A model generated the notes under the pieces. That model did not search any database, was not told where the DNA came from, and saw only the letters and a list, made by a program, of their open reading frames with translations. A DNA stretch of 64,000 bases from an uncultured Nitrososphaerota archaeon (GTDB lineage: Archaea > Thermoproteota > Nitrososphaeria > Conexivisphaerales > DTJL01), in the NCBI GenBank assembly GCA_963772005.1, contig CAVYVS010000026.1:1945-65944 (forward strand), written 5' to 3'. Numbering within the stretch: position 1 is the stretch's first letter; every line of letters begins with the position of its first letter. The translations under genes were made by a program, and so were the position numbers. Below, piece after piece: positions 55,955-64,000 of this stretch.

Positions 55955-57538
55955 CTACCCGATGAAGGAGTCGAGACCTTCCTTCCTGGGAGCCTTCGCT
56001 CCGCTTGTTGAGGGTTGGGCGCCGGCCGAGTTGAGCTGCCTGGCATAACTGCTGAGGGTCTTCAACTTCCGCTGCACCACATGGTAGTAGGCTTCGTCCA
56101 CCGTGTCCTTGACGATGAGCATGATCATCTTACCCTCCTTCCGCCTACCAGTCCTGCCTCTCCTCTGGACGTACCTGATGGCGCTTGCGACGTTGTCATA
56201 GAAGACCACAAGGTTGCATTCGGCGATGTCCAGGCCCTCTTCCCCTATCTGGGTGGCTATTAGGACCTTGTACTTGCCCTTTCTGAACATCTCCACGGCC
56301 TCCACCTGTTCCTCCTGCTTCTGGCCCGTGGCGCCTTGTTTCCCTATCAGGACCCATGCCTTGATCCCCGACTTGGTGAGCGCCCTGTAGATGTGGTCCA
56401 CCGTCTCCCTGTATCCGGCGAAGATGAGCGCCCTGTCATCTTCCGTCAGCTCTCCTATTAGCTCCTTCAAGGCTTCGAACTTGGGCTGCTCCATGCCGGC
56501 CACGACGGCGCCGTTGATGAGTTCGTAGGCCTCCTTGAGCCTCGGCTCCTTGACTATCATCGTATTCACCCTGCTCTTCTCGTCCCTGACCCGTTCGTAG
56601 TAGCCGAGGAAGGCCTTGTAGCTCTGCGTCTCCAGCATCTTCTCCAGGTTGAAGAGCTTGGCGGCCATGAAGTAGGACAGCTTAGCGTTCCAGCTTCCCC
56701 TCGCGAGGACGGCCTCCCTGTTGCGCATCATCTCCTTGAAGCTCAGCTTGTCCGCTGCCGCCCTGGGCATTAGGTTCTCGCGGGCGATGTTCCCCAGTTT
56801 CTCCTTCAGGACGTCCCTGATGAGGGAGGAGGCCCTGCGCATGTAGTCCGGACCCTCGAGGAGCCTAACGTCCATCTTCACCTCGTGGACGTAGGGCTGA
56901 ATGTCTTCGCTTGCGTAGTCACGAAAGAGGACCTTGTCTGCCGCAAGGTGGCCCTTTATCTCCTCGATCTTCTGACGCTCGCTGGGGAGCGTCGCGGTCA
57001 GCCCCACCTTCTGCACGTCGGTCGAAGAGAACATGCCGGCGATCTGGACGTAGCTGTGGTCCCCGATGGCCCTGTGGACCTCGTCCAGGATGACGAGGTC
57101 GAAACGCTTAGGGTCCAAAAGGGACCTTTTGACGTCCTGCACGGCGATCTGGGGTGTGGCGCATACGACCTTCGCGTTCCAGGAGTCCTCCCTAGCGTAG
57201 ATGTCATCCTCCCCGGTCACCGCGGTCACCGATCCCTCAGGGAGGTCGAGCACCTTCTGCAGGAAGTCCCGATGCTGTTGGACTAGTATTCGGGTAGGGG
57301 CGAGGAAAAGCGTCCTCCCCCCCGTGGATGCCATCCGGTTGGCTATGATGAGGGCCGCCACAGCGGTCTTCCCCATGCCTGTCGGCAGGACGATGATCGC
57401 GTTCGAGTCCTTGGCGTCCCTGGCCAGCTCTCGCTGGTAGGTCCTTTCCTCGAGCGCCCCCTTGCGGATGAACTGGTCTGGGACCAACGGCTGCCGCGTA
57501 GCTCTCCGCAACCCAACACTTTTATCGTTTGGTGCCAT
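55955..57538 (-). CDS. Hef/FANCM-type (ERCC4-related) DEAH helicase, helicase domains only
   Basis: RTYQRELA, LPTGMGKTAVA, ILDEVHRA, TATLPS, an inserted helical domain, QIGEEGLDIAECNLVVFYD, QRRGRTGR. Confidence 0.85.
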   Translation of the reverse strand: MAPNDKSVGLRRATRQPLVPDQFIRKGALEERTYQRELARDAKDSNAIIVLPTGMGKTAVAALIIANRMASTGGRTLFLAPTRILVQQHRDFLQKVLDLPEGSVTAVTGEDDIYAREDSWNAKVVCATPQIAVQDVKRSLLDPKRFDLVILDEVHRAIGDHSYVQIAGMFSSTDVQKVGLTATLPSERQKIEEIKGHLAADKVLFRDYASEDIQPYVHEVKMDVRLLEGPDYMRRASSLIRDVLKEKLGNIARENLMPRAAADKLSFKEMMRNREAVLARGSWNAKLSYFMAAKLFNLEKMLETQSYKAFLGYYERVRDEKSRVNTMIVKEPRLKEAYELINGAVVAGMEQPKFEALKELIGELTEDDRALIFAGYRETVDHIYRALTKSGIKAWVLIGKQGATGQKQEEQVEAVEMFRKGKYKVLIATQIGEEGLDIAECNLVVFYDNVASAIRYVQRRGRTGRRKEGKMIMLIVKDTVDEAYYHVVQRKLKTLSSYARQLNSAGAQPSTSGAKAPRKEGLDSFIG

Positions 57539-57688
57539 CGAGAGAGCCCGAGCACCTCTATGATCGTTGACGCCACGGAGCTCCGGAGGTCCCTGGTAGA
57601 TATCGAATCGGCTGTGAACGCCGCAGACCTGAAGGGGCTCCAGTCATCGGCCGGAACGTGGAGGATCCCGCGAGAGTTGAAAGGGTCG

Positions 57689-58402
57689 ATGTTCAGCGTG
57701 GCGGCATCGCTCGTCTGCTTCAAGCCAAGCCCCAGGCTCGGGAAGTTCCTCGTCGTGAGCGGCGTGGACAAGTCGGGGAAAGAAACGCACAGCTTCAACC
57801 AAAGCAAGCTTCCGCAGATCACGTCCGTCCGCGACCACCTGATCTCGCTGGGCTTCGACGTGCTGCCCATCAATCTCCCATCCTATGACACGTTGCTGGG
57901 CAGCCTTGTCGGCTCCTACCTCGGTAGGAGGAGAGGGGCTGCAGTCATAAAGGGGGAGCTGGGGAACGATTATGCCTGGCTTCTTTGGAGCCTGGACAGG
58001 GCACAGTTCAACGGCGAGGTGGACGCCTGGCTGGCGAAGGGCCCGAGGAGCGTGGTCTTGGCAAAGAGGTGGACCGAAAGCCATGTGATTTATCAATCTG
58101 AGGCGGGCGTGGAGCCAAGACGAGTGATCAGGTTCGAGGAGAAGGTCGTCAAGCAGGACTTCACCGTGGTCCTGGACATCTCCCCATCGACGGCGATGGC
58201 CCGGCTCAGGACGAGGCCTGACAGGGACAACTACGAGCACGCCTCCATGATCGAAGGCGTGAGGCGCCGATACCTGTCGCTGTCGGATGTCTACCCCTAC
58301 GGGGACGTCTTCCTAGTGGACGCTTCGAGGAGCCTTGAGGAGGTCAACCGGGACATGATCTCCCTAGTCGACCGAATGCTGCAGGTCCGAGATAACGGAT
58401 AA
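57689..58402 (+). CDS. tmk: Thymidylate-kinase-like P-loop kinase
   Basis: FLVVSGVDKSGKET (P-loop), LWSLDRAQ, LAKRWTESHVIYQ, VVLDISPSTAMARL. Start uncertain (the ORF opens at 57560). Confidence 0.6.
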   Translation: MFSVAASLVCFKPSPRLGKFLVVSGVDKSGKETHSFNQSKLPQITSVRDHLISLGFDVLPINLPSYDTLLGSLVGSYLGRRRGAAVIKGELGNDYAWLLWSLDRAQFNGEVDAWLAKGPRSVVLAKRWTESHVIYQSEAGVEPRRVIRFEEKVVKQDFTVVLDISPSTAMARLRTRPDRDNYEHASMIEGVRRRYLSLSDVYPYGDVFLVDASRSLEEVNRDMISLVDRMLQVRDNG

Positions 58403-58437
58403 AGCCACGCTTCTCCGAAGAGCTGTCGAAAAGGCGT

Positions 58438-59741
58438 TTGAAGAAGGAAGCAAGCCCAGGGAGGCCGGTGGAGATACGGGACCCGATTCATGGGTTCGTA
58501 AAGGTTCGTTCTGGAGAGCTGAAGGTCGTCGACACGGCCATCTTCCAGAGGCTGAGGCGCATAAAGCAACTTTCGTGCGCCTACATGGCGTATCCCGGGG
58601 CCGACCATACCAGGTTCGAACACTCCCTGGGTGCGATGCACGTGGCAGGCCTTGCCTCCGCCATCCTGATGGATAAGGGGTACATCGACGGGGAAGCCGA
58701 GGCGGAGCTCAGATTGGCCGGGCTTCTCCATGACGTCGGGCACGGCCCATTCTCCCACCTGTTCGAAGAGCTCCTCCATTCGAAAAAGGGGATAACTCAT
58801 GGGACATGAGCTCCCGCATAGTGGCCGAAACGGAGGTGGGGGAGGTCCTGAAGGGCGAAGGGTACGAGCCGAAGAAGATGGCCAGCCTGGCCGTAGGAAA
58901 GGCCCCAGGGAAGCGCCGCTTCATGAACGAAGTCATAGCCGGCACGCTGAGCGCTGACCTAATGGACTACCTCCTGCGGGATTCCTACTACACGGGGGCA
59001 GGTTTCGGGAGGGTGGACATCACCAGGGTCATCGACTCCTTCGAAGTGGAGGACGACCATCTGGCCATCGAGAGCGACGCCATCCACTCCTTCGAGGCGC
59101 TCACGGTGGCGCGCTATGAGATGTTCAAGGCGGTCTACTTCCACAAGACCTGCAGGGCTGCAGAGGCCATGGTCCTGAGGGCCATGGAGCTCGCGGACGA
59201 AGAGTTGGGGCTCACGGAGGTCCAGGACCTGTCGAAGTACGGGGAGCTCCACGACGACGAAGTCCTTTGCCGGATCATGGCCATGAAGGAAGGGAGTAAG
59301 GCGAACCGGGCGAAGGACCTGGTCAAGGACTTCATGGAGAGGAAGTTGGTGAAATGCGTCTTCGAACGGATGGTGATAAGGAGGGACGGTTTCGTGGGGG
59401 GCCTCCTTGGCAAGGCCAGCGTCAGAGCCGAGGTCGTGGGGGAGATAGCCGACCTGGCCCGCGTAGACCCAGAGGATATCTACGTCGACGTGCCCACGAC
59501 GCCTTCGGTGCCCTTCACCTCCGACAGGGAACGTTTCACCCAGCTCACGGTGGTGTCAAGAGGAGGGCTCGGGGTGAAGAAGACCAAGATTTCGCTGGCA
59601 GACATCCCGGCAGTGGCGGCCATCAGCGGCTTCATGGACGTCCTCAGGGTATACACCCCAGCCAGGCACCGGGAGAAGGTCGAAGCCGCGGTCGCCAAGG
59701 TCCTCGGCGAGTCGGGCTTCTCTACGAAGGTCTCAGTCTAG
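58438..59741 (+). CDS. HD-domain phosphohydrolase (SAMHD1/dGTPase-like), one frame disruption
   Basis: IRDPIHGFV, FQRLRRIKQL, HTRFEHSLG, LLHDVGHGPFSH, then DLMDYLLRDSYYTG in the next frame. Frame switch near 58800. Confidence 0.8.
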
Positions 59742-60281
59742 GAGCAGTTCGCCCGTCCGTCCGTCCAACACGGCCTTCCTGCCGGAGAACTTCTTCAGCT
59801 CCGCAAGCTGGAAGCCGTCGGCCAACCTGAGGAGACGGTAGACGGAGACGTTTTGGGTCCCGGTTTCGATGTTCTTTGCGATGACGATCGAGCTCGTGAC
59901 GTAGGGGCCCGTGTCATTGGCAAAGTGGTGCACGATGGGCAGGTCGCGGAGGTGGGCCTTCCCTTCGGCGAAGTGGAACGATCCTTCGTCGACATGGGAC
60001 GGCTTGGAGGGGCTGGCCGCTGCCGACAGGAAGAACCTCTCGAAAGAAGCGACGTCCGTCGAAAGGGCCTCGGCGAATTTCGCGTGCGACGTCAGCAAGT
60101 TCGCCGTGATCGGGAACTTGCTCCCTGCAGGTTTCTTGATCAATAGTGCCCTTCGGCCGTCCAGCGCCCTCTCCAGGGCTGCCACCTCAAACTTCGTCGA
60201 AACCGGGCTGTCGATGGTGGCGATCTTCTTGGGGCCTAGAAGGCCGAGGTACGACTGAAGGCTGTGGGCCTCTTTCTTCAT
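59733..60281 (-). pseudogene. UbiD-family decarboxylase, N-terminal about 180 aa only
   Basis: RALLIKKPAGSKFPITANLLTSH, LRDLPIVHHFANDTGPYVTSSIVIAKNIETGTQNVSVYRL, then divergence and a stop. The remaining ~240 aa expected for UbiD are absent in all frames. A TATA-like ATTATT lies about 32 nt upstream. Confidence 0.5.
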
Positions 60282-60359
60282 ATCCGCCACTAACGGCCTT
60301 GACCATACCAATAATCGTTCTCTGTGCAGCGGTGCTAATATGCTCCTGACGAATGTCCT

Positions 60360-62237
60360 GTGGACTTGGCCGGACCCAGCTTCCCATACGAATCCCCCCG
60401 GCCAGGCCAAGAGGAGGTTTCGAGGGCCGTCATGGAGGCAGCGCTGAAAAGGGAAGGGTTAGCGGTCGAAGCCCCCAATGGATTCGGCAAGACGGCGGCA
60501 GCCCTAGCCGCCCTCATGACGCTGGTAGCGGAACAGGGATTCTCCTGCATCTATGCCGTCAGGACCAAGAGAGAGATGGAGAGGGTGCTGGAGGAACTGG
60601 GAAGGTTCGGCGGAGAACGGAGGGCGGCCCCCCTGATCTCGATGACTGATGGGTGCCTCTTGAAGGACAAGGAGCGCGTCGCCATTCCGACTGAGGTGCT
60701 CCCCAACTACTGTAAGGGGAGCGTGACCTCGGGGAGGTGTTTCTATTACGACGCTCTCCCCAGGTGGGGCCGCCTCGTCCCATCCTCCGGTGGGGGCATC
60801 GGGGATTTCATCAAGCGATGCGAATCCCTGAGAGTCTGTCCTTACTTCCTAGGGAGGGACAGGGCCGCCGACTCCGACATCGTGGTCACGACCTATCCCC
60901 ACGTCCTGAACGAAGCCCTGAGGGGCCAACTCCTGGGCATGAGGAAGAGTTGGAAGAAGGAGATCGTGGTCTTCGACGAAGCCCATAACCTCCCGGAGAT
61001 GATCTACCTGTCCACCGGGAGGAGCCTTCGATTGAAGGAGGCGGAGGCGCTAGCAGCGGTAGCTGCGAGGCGGGGGAGAAGGGAGGAGATGCTCTTCTGC
61101 GAGAAGACGAGGCTCTGGCTGCGTTCTCTCGACCTCAAGGACGACGGACAGCTCGTCTTGACGGCCGAACAGGCGATGCGGTCGTCAAGGTTACGGGCGG
61201 AGATTGAGACGCTCCTCATCTCGCAGCAGACGAGGACCTCCATGATGTTCATGGCGGAGCCGCTGGACGAAGGATTCCTCCTCCGCCTTCGGCTGGTGGA
61301 CTTGGCGGGGGCACTGGCAAGGGCGTTGGGGCGAAAAGACTCGCGTGTGCTCATCCGCGCCCATGACGGCGACATATCGATGGCGGTCCGCTTCCTCGAC
61401 GTCGCCGAGGAGTTCTCACTCATCATGAAGGGGCTTTGGAGCCCTGTCTTCCTTTCGGCCACCTTCTTCGACGTTCATCGGTTCTCCCACTATCTGGGCC
61501 TTGACACGGTTAGGTTCCTCGGGGTCGAAGCCGACCCCCTCGAAAGGCGATGCCTGACCGTGGTGGACGTGGGCGTCACCACGGAGTACAAGAAGAGGGG
61601 AAGAGAGCAGTTCGCGGCCATCGCCAGCCGGATGGCGAACGTGGCGAGGGCTTCCGGCGGAGGCACCGCCTGCTTCTTTCCTTCCTATGACGTGCTCGAG
61701 GGGGTCGCCAGGGAGCTTCCGGATTACTTCGCCTTCCAGGTTTTCAAGGAGGAGAGGTCCATGAGACCCGAGGAGCAGGGTGAGGCCGTCAGAAAGGTGA
61801 CGTCTTCGAACCCTTCCATGCTGCTCGGGGTGATGGGGGGAAGGTTCTCCGAAGGCGAAGACTTCTCAGCAGGTGGGCTTTCGGCAGTGGTCGTGGTGGG
61901 CCTCCCACTCCCTCCCCCATCGCAGGAGCTCTCCGAACGGATGGCCTTCGGACGGACGGGGGGCGGTCCCTGGATCTACGATTCCCTAGTGATCATACCT
62001 GCCGTGGCAAAGGTCGTGCAGGCTGCCGGGAGGCTGTTCAGGAGGAAGGGCCAGAGTGGGCTGGTGGTGTTGCTCGACAGGCGCTTCGGAAGGAGGCGTA
62101 TCCTCGAGCTCTTCCCGCCATGGCTCAAGGAGAACGTGGTCGGGGCGGACACCTCAGGACATGGCCACAGTTGCTTCCCTCGTGAAGGCCTTGGCCAAGC
62201 CACCCGGCGTCTGACGGCTCCCGGCTCCGACCCTTAA
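60360..62237 (+). CDS. xpd: XPD/Rad3-type Fe-S DNA helicase
   Basis: PRPGQEE, APNGFGKT, four-Cys cluster (DGCLL, NYCKG, GRCFYY, RVCPYF), FDEAHN, VVQAAGRLFRR. The last ~40 aa may be out of frame (an alternative frame reads DMATVASLVKALAKPPGV-stop). Confidence 0.88.
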   Translation: MDLAGPSFPYESPRPGQEEVSRAVMEAALKREGLAVEAPNGFGKTAAALAALMTLVAEQGFSCIYAVRTKREMERVLEELGRFGGERRAAPLISMTDGCLLKDKERVAIPTEVLPNYCKGSVTSGRCFYYDALPRWGRLVPSSGGGIGDFIKRCESLRVCPYFLGRDRAADSDIVVTTYPHVLNEALRGQLLGMRKSWKKEIVVFDEAHNLPEMIYLSTGRSLRLKEAEALAAVAARRGRREEMLFCEKTRLWLRSLDLKDDGQLVLTAEQAMRSSRLRAEIETLLISQQTRTSMMFMAEPLDEGFLLRLRLVDLAGALARALGRKDSRVLIRAHDGDISMAVRFLDVAEEFSLIMKGLWSPVFLSATFFDVHRFSHYLGLDTVRFLGVEADPLERRCLTVVDVGVTTEYKKRGREQFAAIASRMANVARASGGGTACFFPSYDVLEGVARELPDYFAFQVFKEERSMRPEEQGEAVRKVTSSNPSMLLGVMGGRFSEGEDFSAGGLSAVVVVGLPLPPPSQELSERMAFGRTGGGPWIYDSLVIIPAVAKVVQAAGRLFRRKGQSGLVVLLDRRFGRRRILELFPPWLKENVVGADTSGHGHSCFPREGLGQATRRLTAPGSDP

Positions 62238-62260
62238 TAAGCCGCCAGTGACGACGACGT

Positions 62261-62767
62261 GTGCGGTTGCCCGAACTTCGCCCGCCCGGCGTCCATCTGG
62301 TGGTCGTCCCCCTGTCGGAGAAGCCGTATCTACTGAAAAGGTGGGCTTCGGGCGTCGGCGCCTTCACGGCCGTCGACCTCGACTGCAGCCTGTTGCCGCT
62401 CTTCACCGAGGTCGAGCGTGGACGGCTTCATCTAATGCTTGAGGGAGGGGACATGGTCTCCGCCGTGATGGACGTGTATTCGCTTCCGAAGAGCTCCGAG
62501 CCCCTGGTGGTCAACTCCCTGGGAACCCTTCAGGCGGAGGCCAGGGCGTTCGGCGGCGAGAGAGACTGGAGCAGGAGGTTCTTCAAGCACGTAGTGTACC
62601 TTGCCACGGCCTGCGCGGCGAGGGCAGATTGCACCCTGATGCTGGTCAACTCCATAGGCGACAGAGGAGCGAAGAGCGTGATGGGCGCAGGATGGGTGAA
62701 GCTATGCGCTCTCGCGTTCGACGGGACTTGGATCCTGTCCGAGGACGGCCTCAGCCGTTTAGCTTGA
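62261..62767 (+). CDS. Hypothetical protein with degenerate RecA/KaiC-like features
   Basis: VVVPLSEKPYLL where a P-loop would sit, PLVVNSLGTL (Walker-B-like, with Asn for Asp), FFKHVVYLATACAARADCTLMLVNS. Resemblance judged by eye only. Confidence 0.35.
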   Translation: MRLPELRPPGVHLVVVPLSEKPYLLKRWASGVGAFTAVDLDCSLLPLFTEVERGRLHLMLEGGDMVSAVMDVYSLPKSSEPLVVNSLGTLQAEARAFGGERDWSRRFFKHVVYLATACAARADCTLMLVNSIGDRGAKSVMGAGWVKLCALAFDGTWILSEDGLSRLA

Positions 62768-63134
62768 ACGAGTAGAGTGAGAAGAACAGGAAGAACGCCA
62801 GCATCAGCAGCAGGAATCCCGTTATGAAGACCAAGAAGGATTCGCGCCCTGCCTTCGAGGGCTGGGACGACCTCATGATCATGTAGACACCGAGGAACCC
62901 CATGGTCGAGTCGATGATGTATGTTAGGGTCTCCAGGATGCTCTGGGTCTGAAGTGACCTCGTGATCAGGACGGTGGCAGGGATGGAGGAGCCCTCAAGG
63001 AGGTAGTTGATGAGACCTCCGGTGAGGACGATGCCCACGGCCACCAGCAAGCCCTCCAAGGTTATGAATCGGGAGACCATCCTGATCCATTTGTTCCTGC
63101 GCAGGCTGTCCGTGTCCATCTTCAAAGGGGCCAC
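62751..63134 (-). CDS. Hypothetical membrane protein (127 aa, about 3-4 TM)
   Basis: ORF immediately downstream of PCNA on the same strand, with hydrophobic helices and no motif recognised. Confidence 0.4.
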   Translation of the reverse strand: MAPLKMDTDSLRRNKWIRMVSRFITLEGLLVAVGIVLTGGLINYLLEGSSIPATVLITRSLQTQSILETLTYIIDSTMGFLGVYMIMRSSQPSKAGRESFLVFITGFLLLMLAFFLFFSLYSFKLNG

Positions 63135-63145
63135 CCTAGTTTGCT

Positions 63146-63892
63146 TCAGTCGACCCTGGGGGCGAGATAAAACTGTATCGTAGCTCCTTGCTCGCTCAGG
63201 GGGAACTCCATCTTTATCGGCATCTTGGCCGAAAAGCCAACGTTGACCGTCTCGGCGTTGGAGACCGATTTCGCGAAGTTGCTCAAGTATTCGATGCTGT
63301 AGGTGGACTCCCCGCCTTCCTTGACGTCCAGCTGCAGGATGTCGGGGTTATCCTTCTTCAGGACGACCGATGCCTTCCCTACTTCGCTCTTACCGAGGAA
63401 GACGAGCTTCCCCTCTTCGGCCTTGAGGGTGATGTGGTCGGAGATGCTCTGGATGTCCGAGAGCACCTTGCGCAGGATCCGGGTGGTCAGCTTGCACTGA
63501 ATGTTGAAGTTGACCTTGGGGAGGGGAGTCTGGCTGTAGGTCGACTCGACCAGGTGCACCTGGAACTCCCTTTCGTAACCGTTGAAGAGCTTGAACTCGA
63601 GCATGTTCTCCTCTCCCAGCCTCAGCTCCACCTTGTCCTTCCCTTCTGCTCGTTTCATCACCTTCAAGAGGTCCTCGACCCTCACGCTGAGCGTGTGGTT
63701 CTGGTCGCAGGCGTACTTCTCAAAGGAGGCAGCCGGCCACTTGAGGTCCACCAGGGCTATGTGAGAGGGGTCCATTGCCCGCAGATTGAGCCCCTCAGGA
63801 GTGGCTTCGAATGTGGCCTCTTCGATCAGGGTGGAGATGGCCTGTGAAACTGACTTCCATTCCTCGGCCGACTGGCTGACGGCCTGCAGCAT
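63146..63892 (-). CDS. pcn: DNA polymerase sliding clamp PCNA
   Basis: 248 aa; EATFEATPEGLNLRAMDPSHIALVDL, two-domain repeat, C-terminal IQFYLAPRVD. Confidence 0.92.
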   Translation of the reverse strand: MLQAVSQSAEEWKSVSQAISTLIEEATFEATPEGLNLRAMDPSHIALVDLKWPAASFEKYACDQNHTLSVRVEDLLKVMKRAEGKDKVELRLGEENMLEFKLFNGYEREFQVHLVESTYSQTPLPKVNFNIQCKLTTRILRKVLSDIQSISDHITLKAEEGKLVFLGKSEVGKASVVLKKDNPDILQLDVKEGGESTYSIEYLSNFAKSVSNAETVNVGFSAKMPIKMEFPLSEQGATIQFYLAPRVD

Positions 63893-63919
63893 ATCACTCC
63901 ACCCTCCGCAATCCCAATC

Positions 63920-63926
63920 TAATTAA
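63920..63926 (-). promoter_or_regulatory. TATA-like box for PCNA
   Basis: CGTTAATTAG on the minus strand about 31 nt upstream of ATG 63892. GGAGG lies 12 nt upstream of the start. Confidence 0.4.
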
Positions 63927-64000
63927 CGTTCCCGACATCGAAAGGTGAGCGGCTGGGCACTCTTAACGGCGTTCGCCGCGTAGAGCACGGGACAAAAGGT

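Noticed and set aside
1-64000. Search for CRISPR arrays, rRNA genes, IS elements or long repeats.
   Set aside because: None seen. The only exact repeat I noticed is the 33-nt sufB/sufD match. The mobile elements present are the two mcm inteins.

Overview
GC-rich (about 60%) archaeal chromosomal segment, densely coding on both strands. I call about 65 protein genes, 3 tRNAs and 2 inteins. I saw no rRNA, CRISPR array, transposase or integrase. Gene content by region:
- 1-15.8 kb: tRNA splicing (rtcB, endA-like) and a replication/repair block (rfcL, short xpf, hel308, intein-bearing mcm, a GINS subunit, rfcS), followed by hisS.
- 15.9-24.2 kb: a fixABCX-type electron-transfer flavoprotein (ETF) locus, a class III aminotransferase, BtpA, an AlkA-like glycosylase and a second fused ETF.
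- 25-31.7 kb: a Tat-signal molybdenum hydroxylase operon (S-L-M order) trailed by a small ORF and two retropepsin-like genes, with a divergent cytochrome b.
- 31.8-49.7 kb: housekeeping and stress genes, two PGM/PMM paralogues, thiL, a rhodanese, a GcvH-like/TusA-like fusion, tRNA-Arg, tRNA-Thr (apparently three introns), tRNA-Leu, a sulfite-oxidase-family enzyme, mscL, a DEAD helicase and a TRAM protein.
- 49.7-55.1 kb: sufCBDSU.
- 55.9-63.9 kb: a second repair/replication block (Hef-type helicase, Tmk-like, HD dNTPase-like, xpd, PCNA).
The dominant technical feature is roughly 30 single-nucleotide frame disruptions. They cluster in patches, and several of the junctions I checked fall in short homopolymer runs. 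They hit essential genes, so I read most of them as sequence-quality artefacts rather than biology. They also create several apparent gene fusions.
The best leads are the multi-intron tRNA-Thr, the retropepsin-like tandem tied to the Mo-hydroxylase operon, the Tat-exported PaoABC-like hydroxylase with cytochrome b, the non-lipoylatable GcvH/TusA fusion, and the recurrent TTGA start/stop overlaps. All family assignments come from reading motifs by eye; no database search was run.
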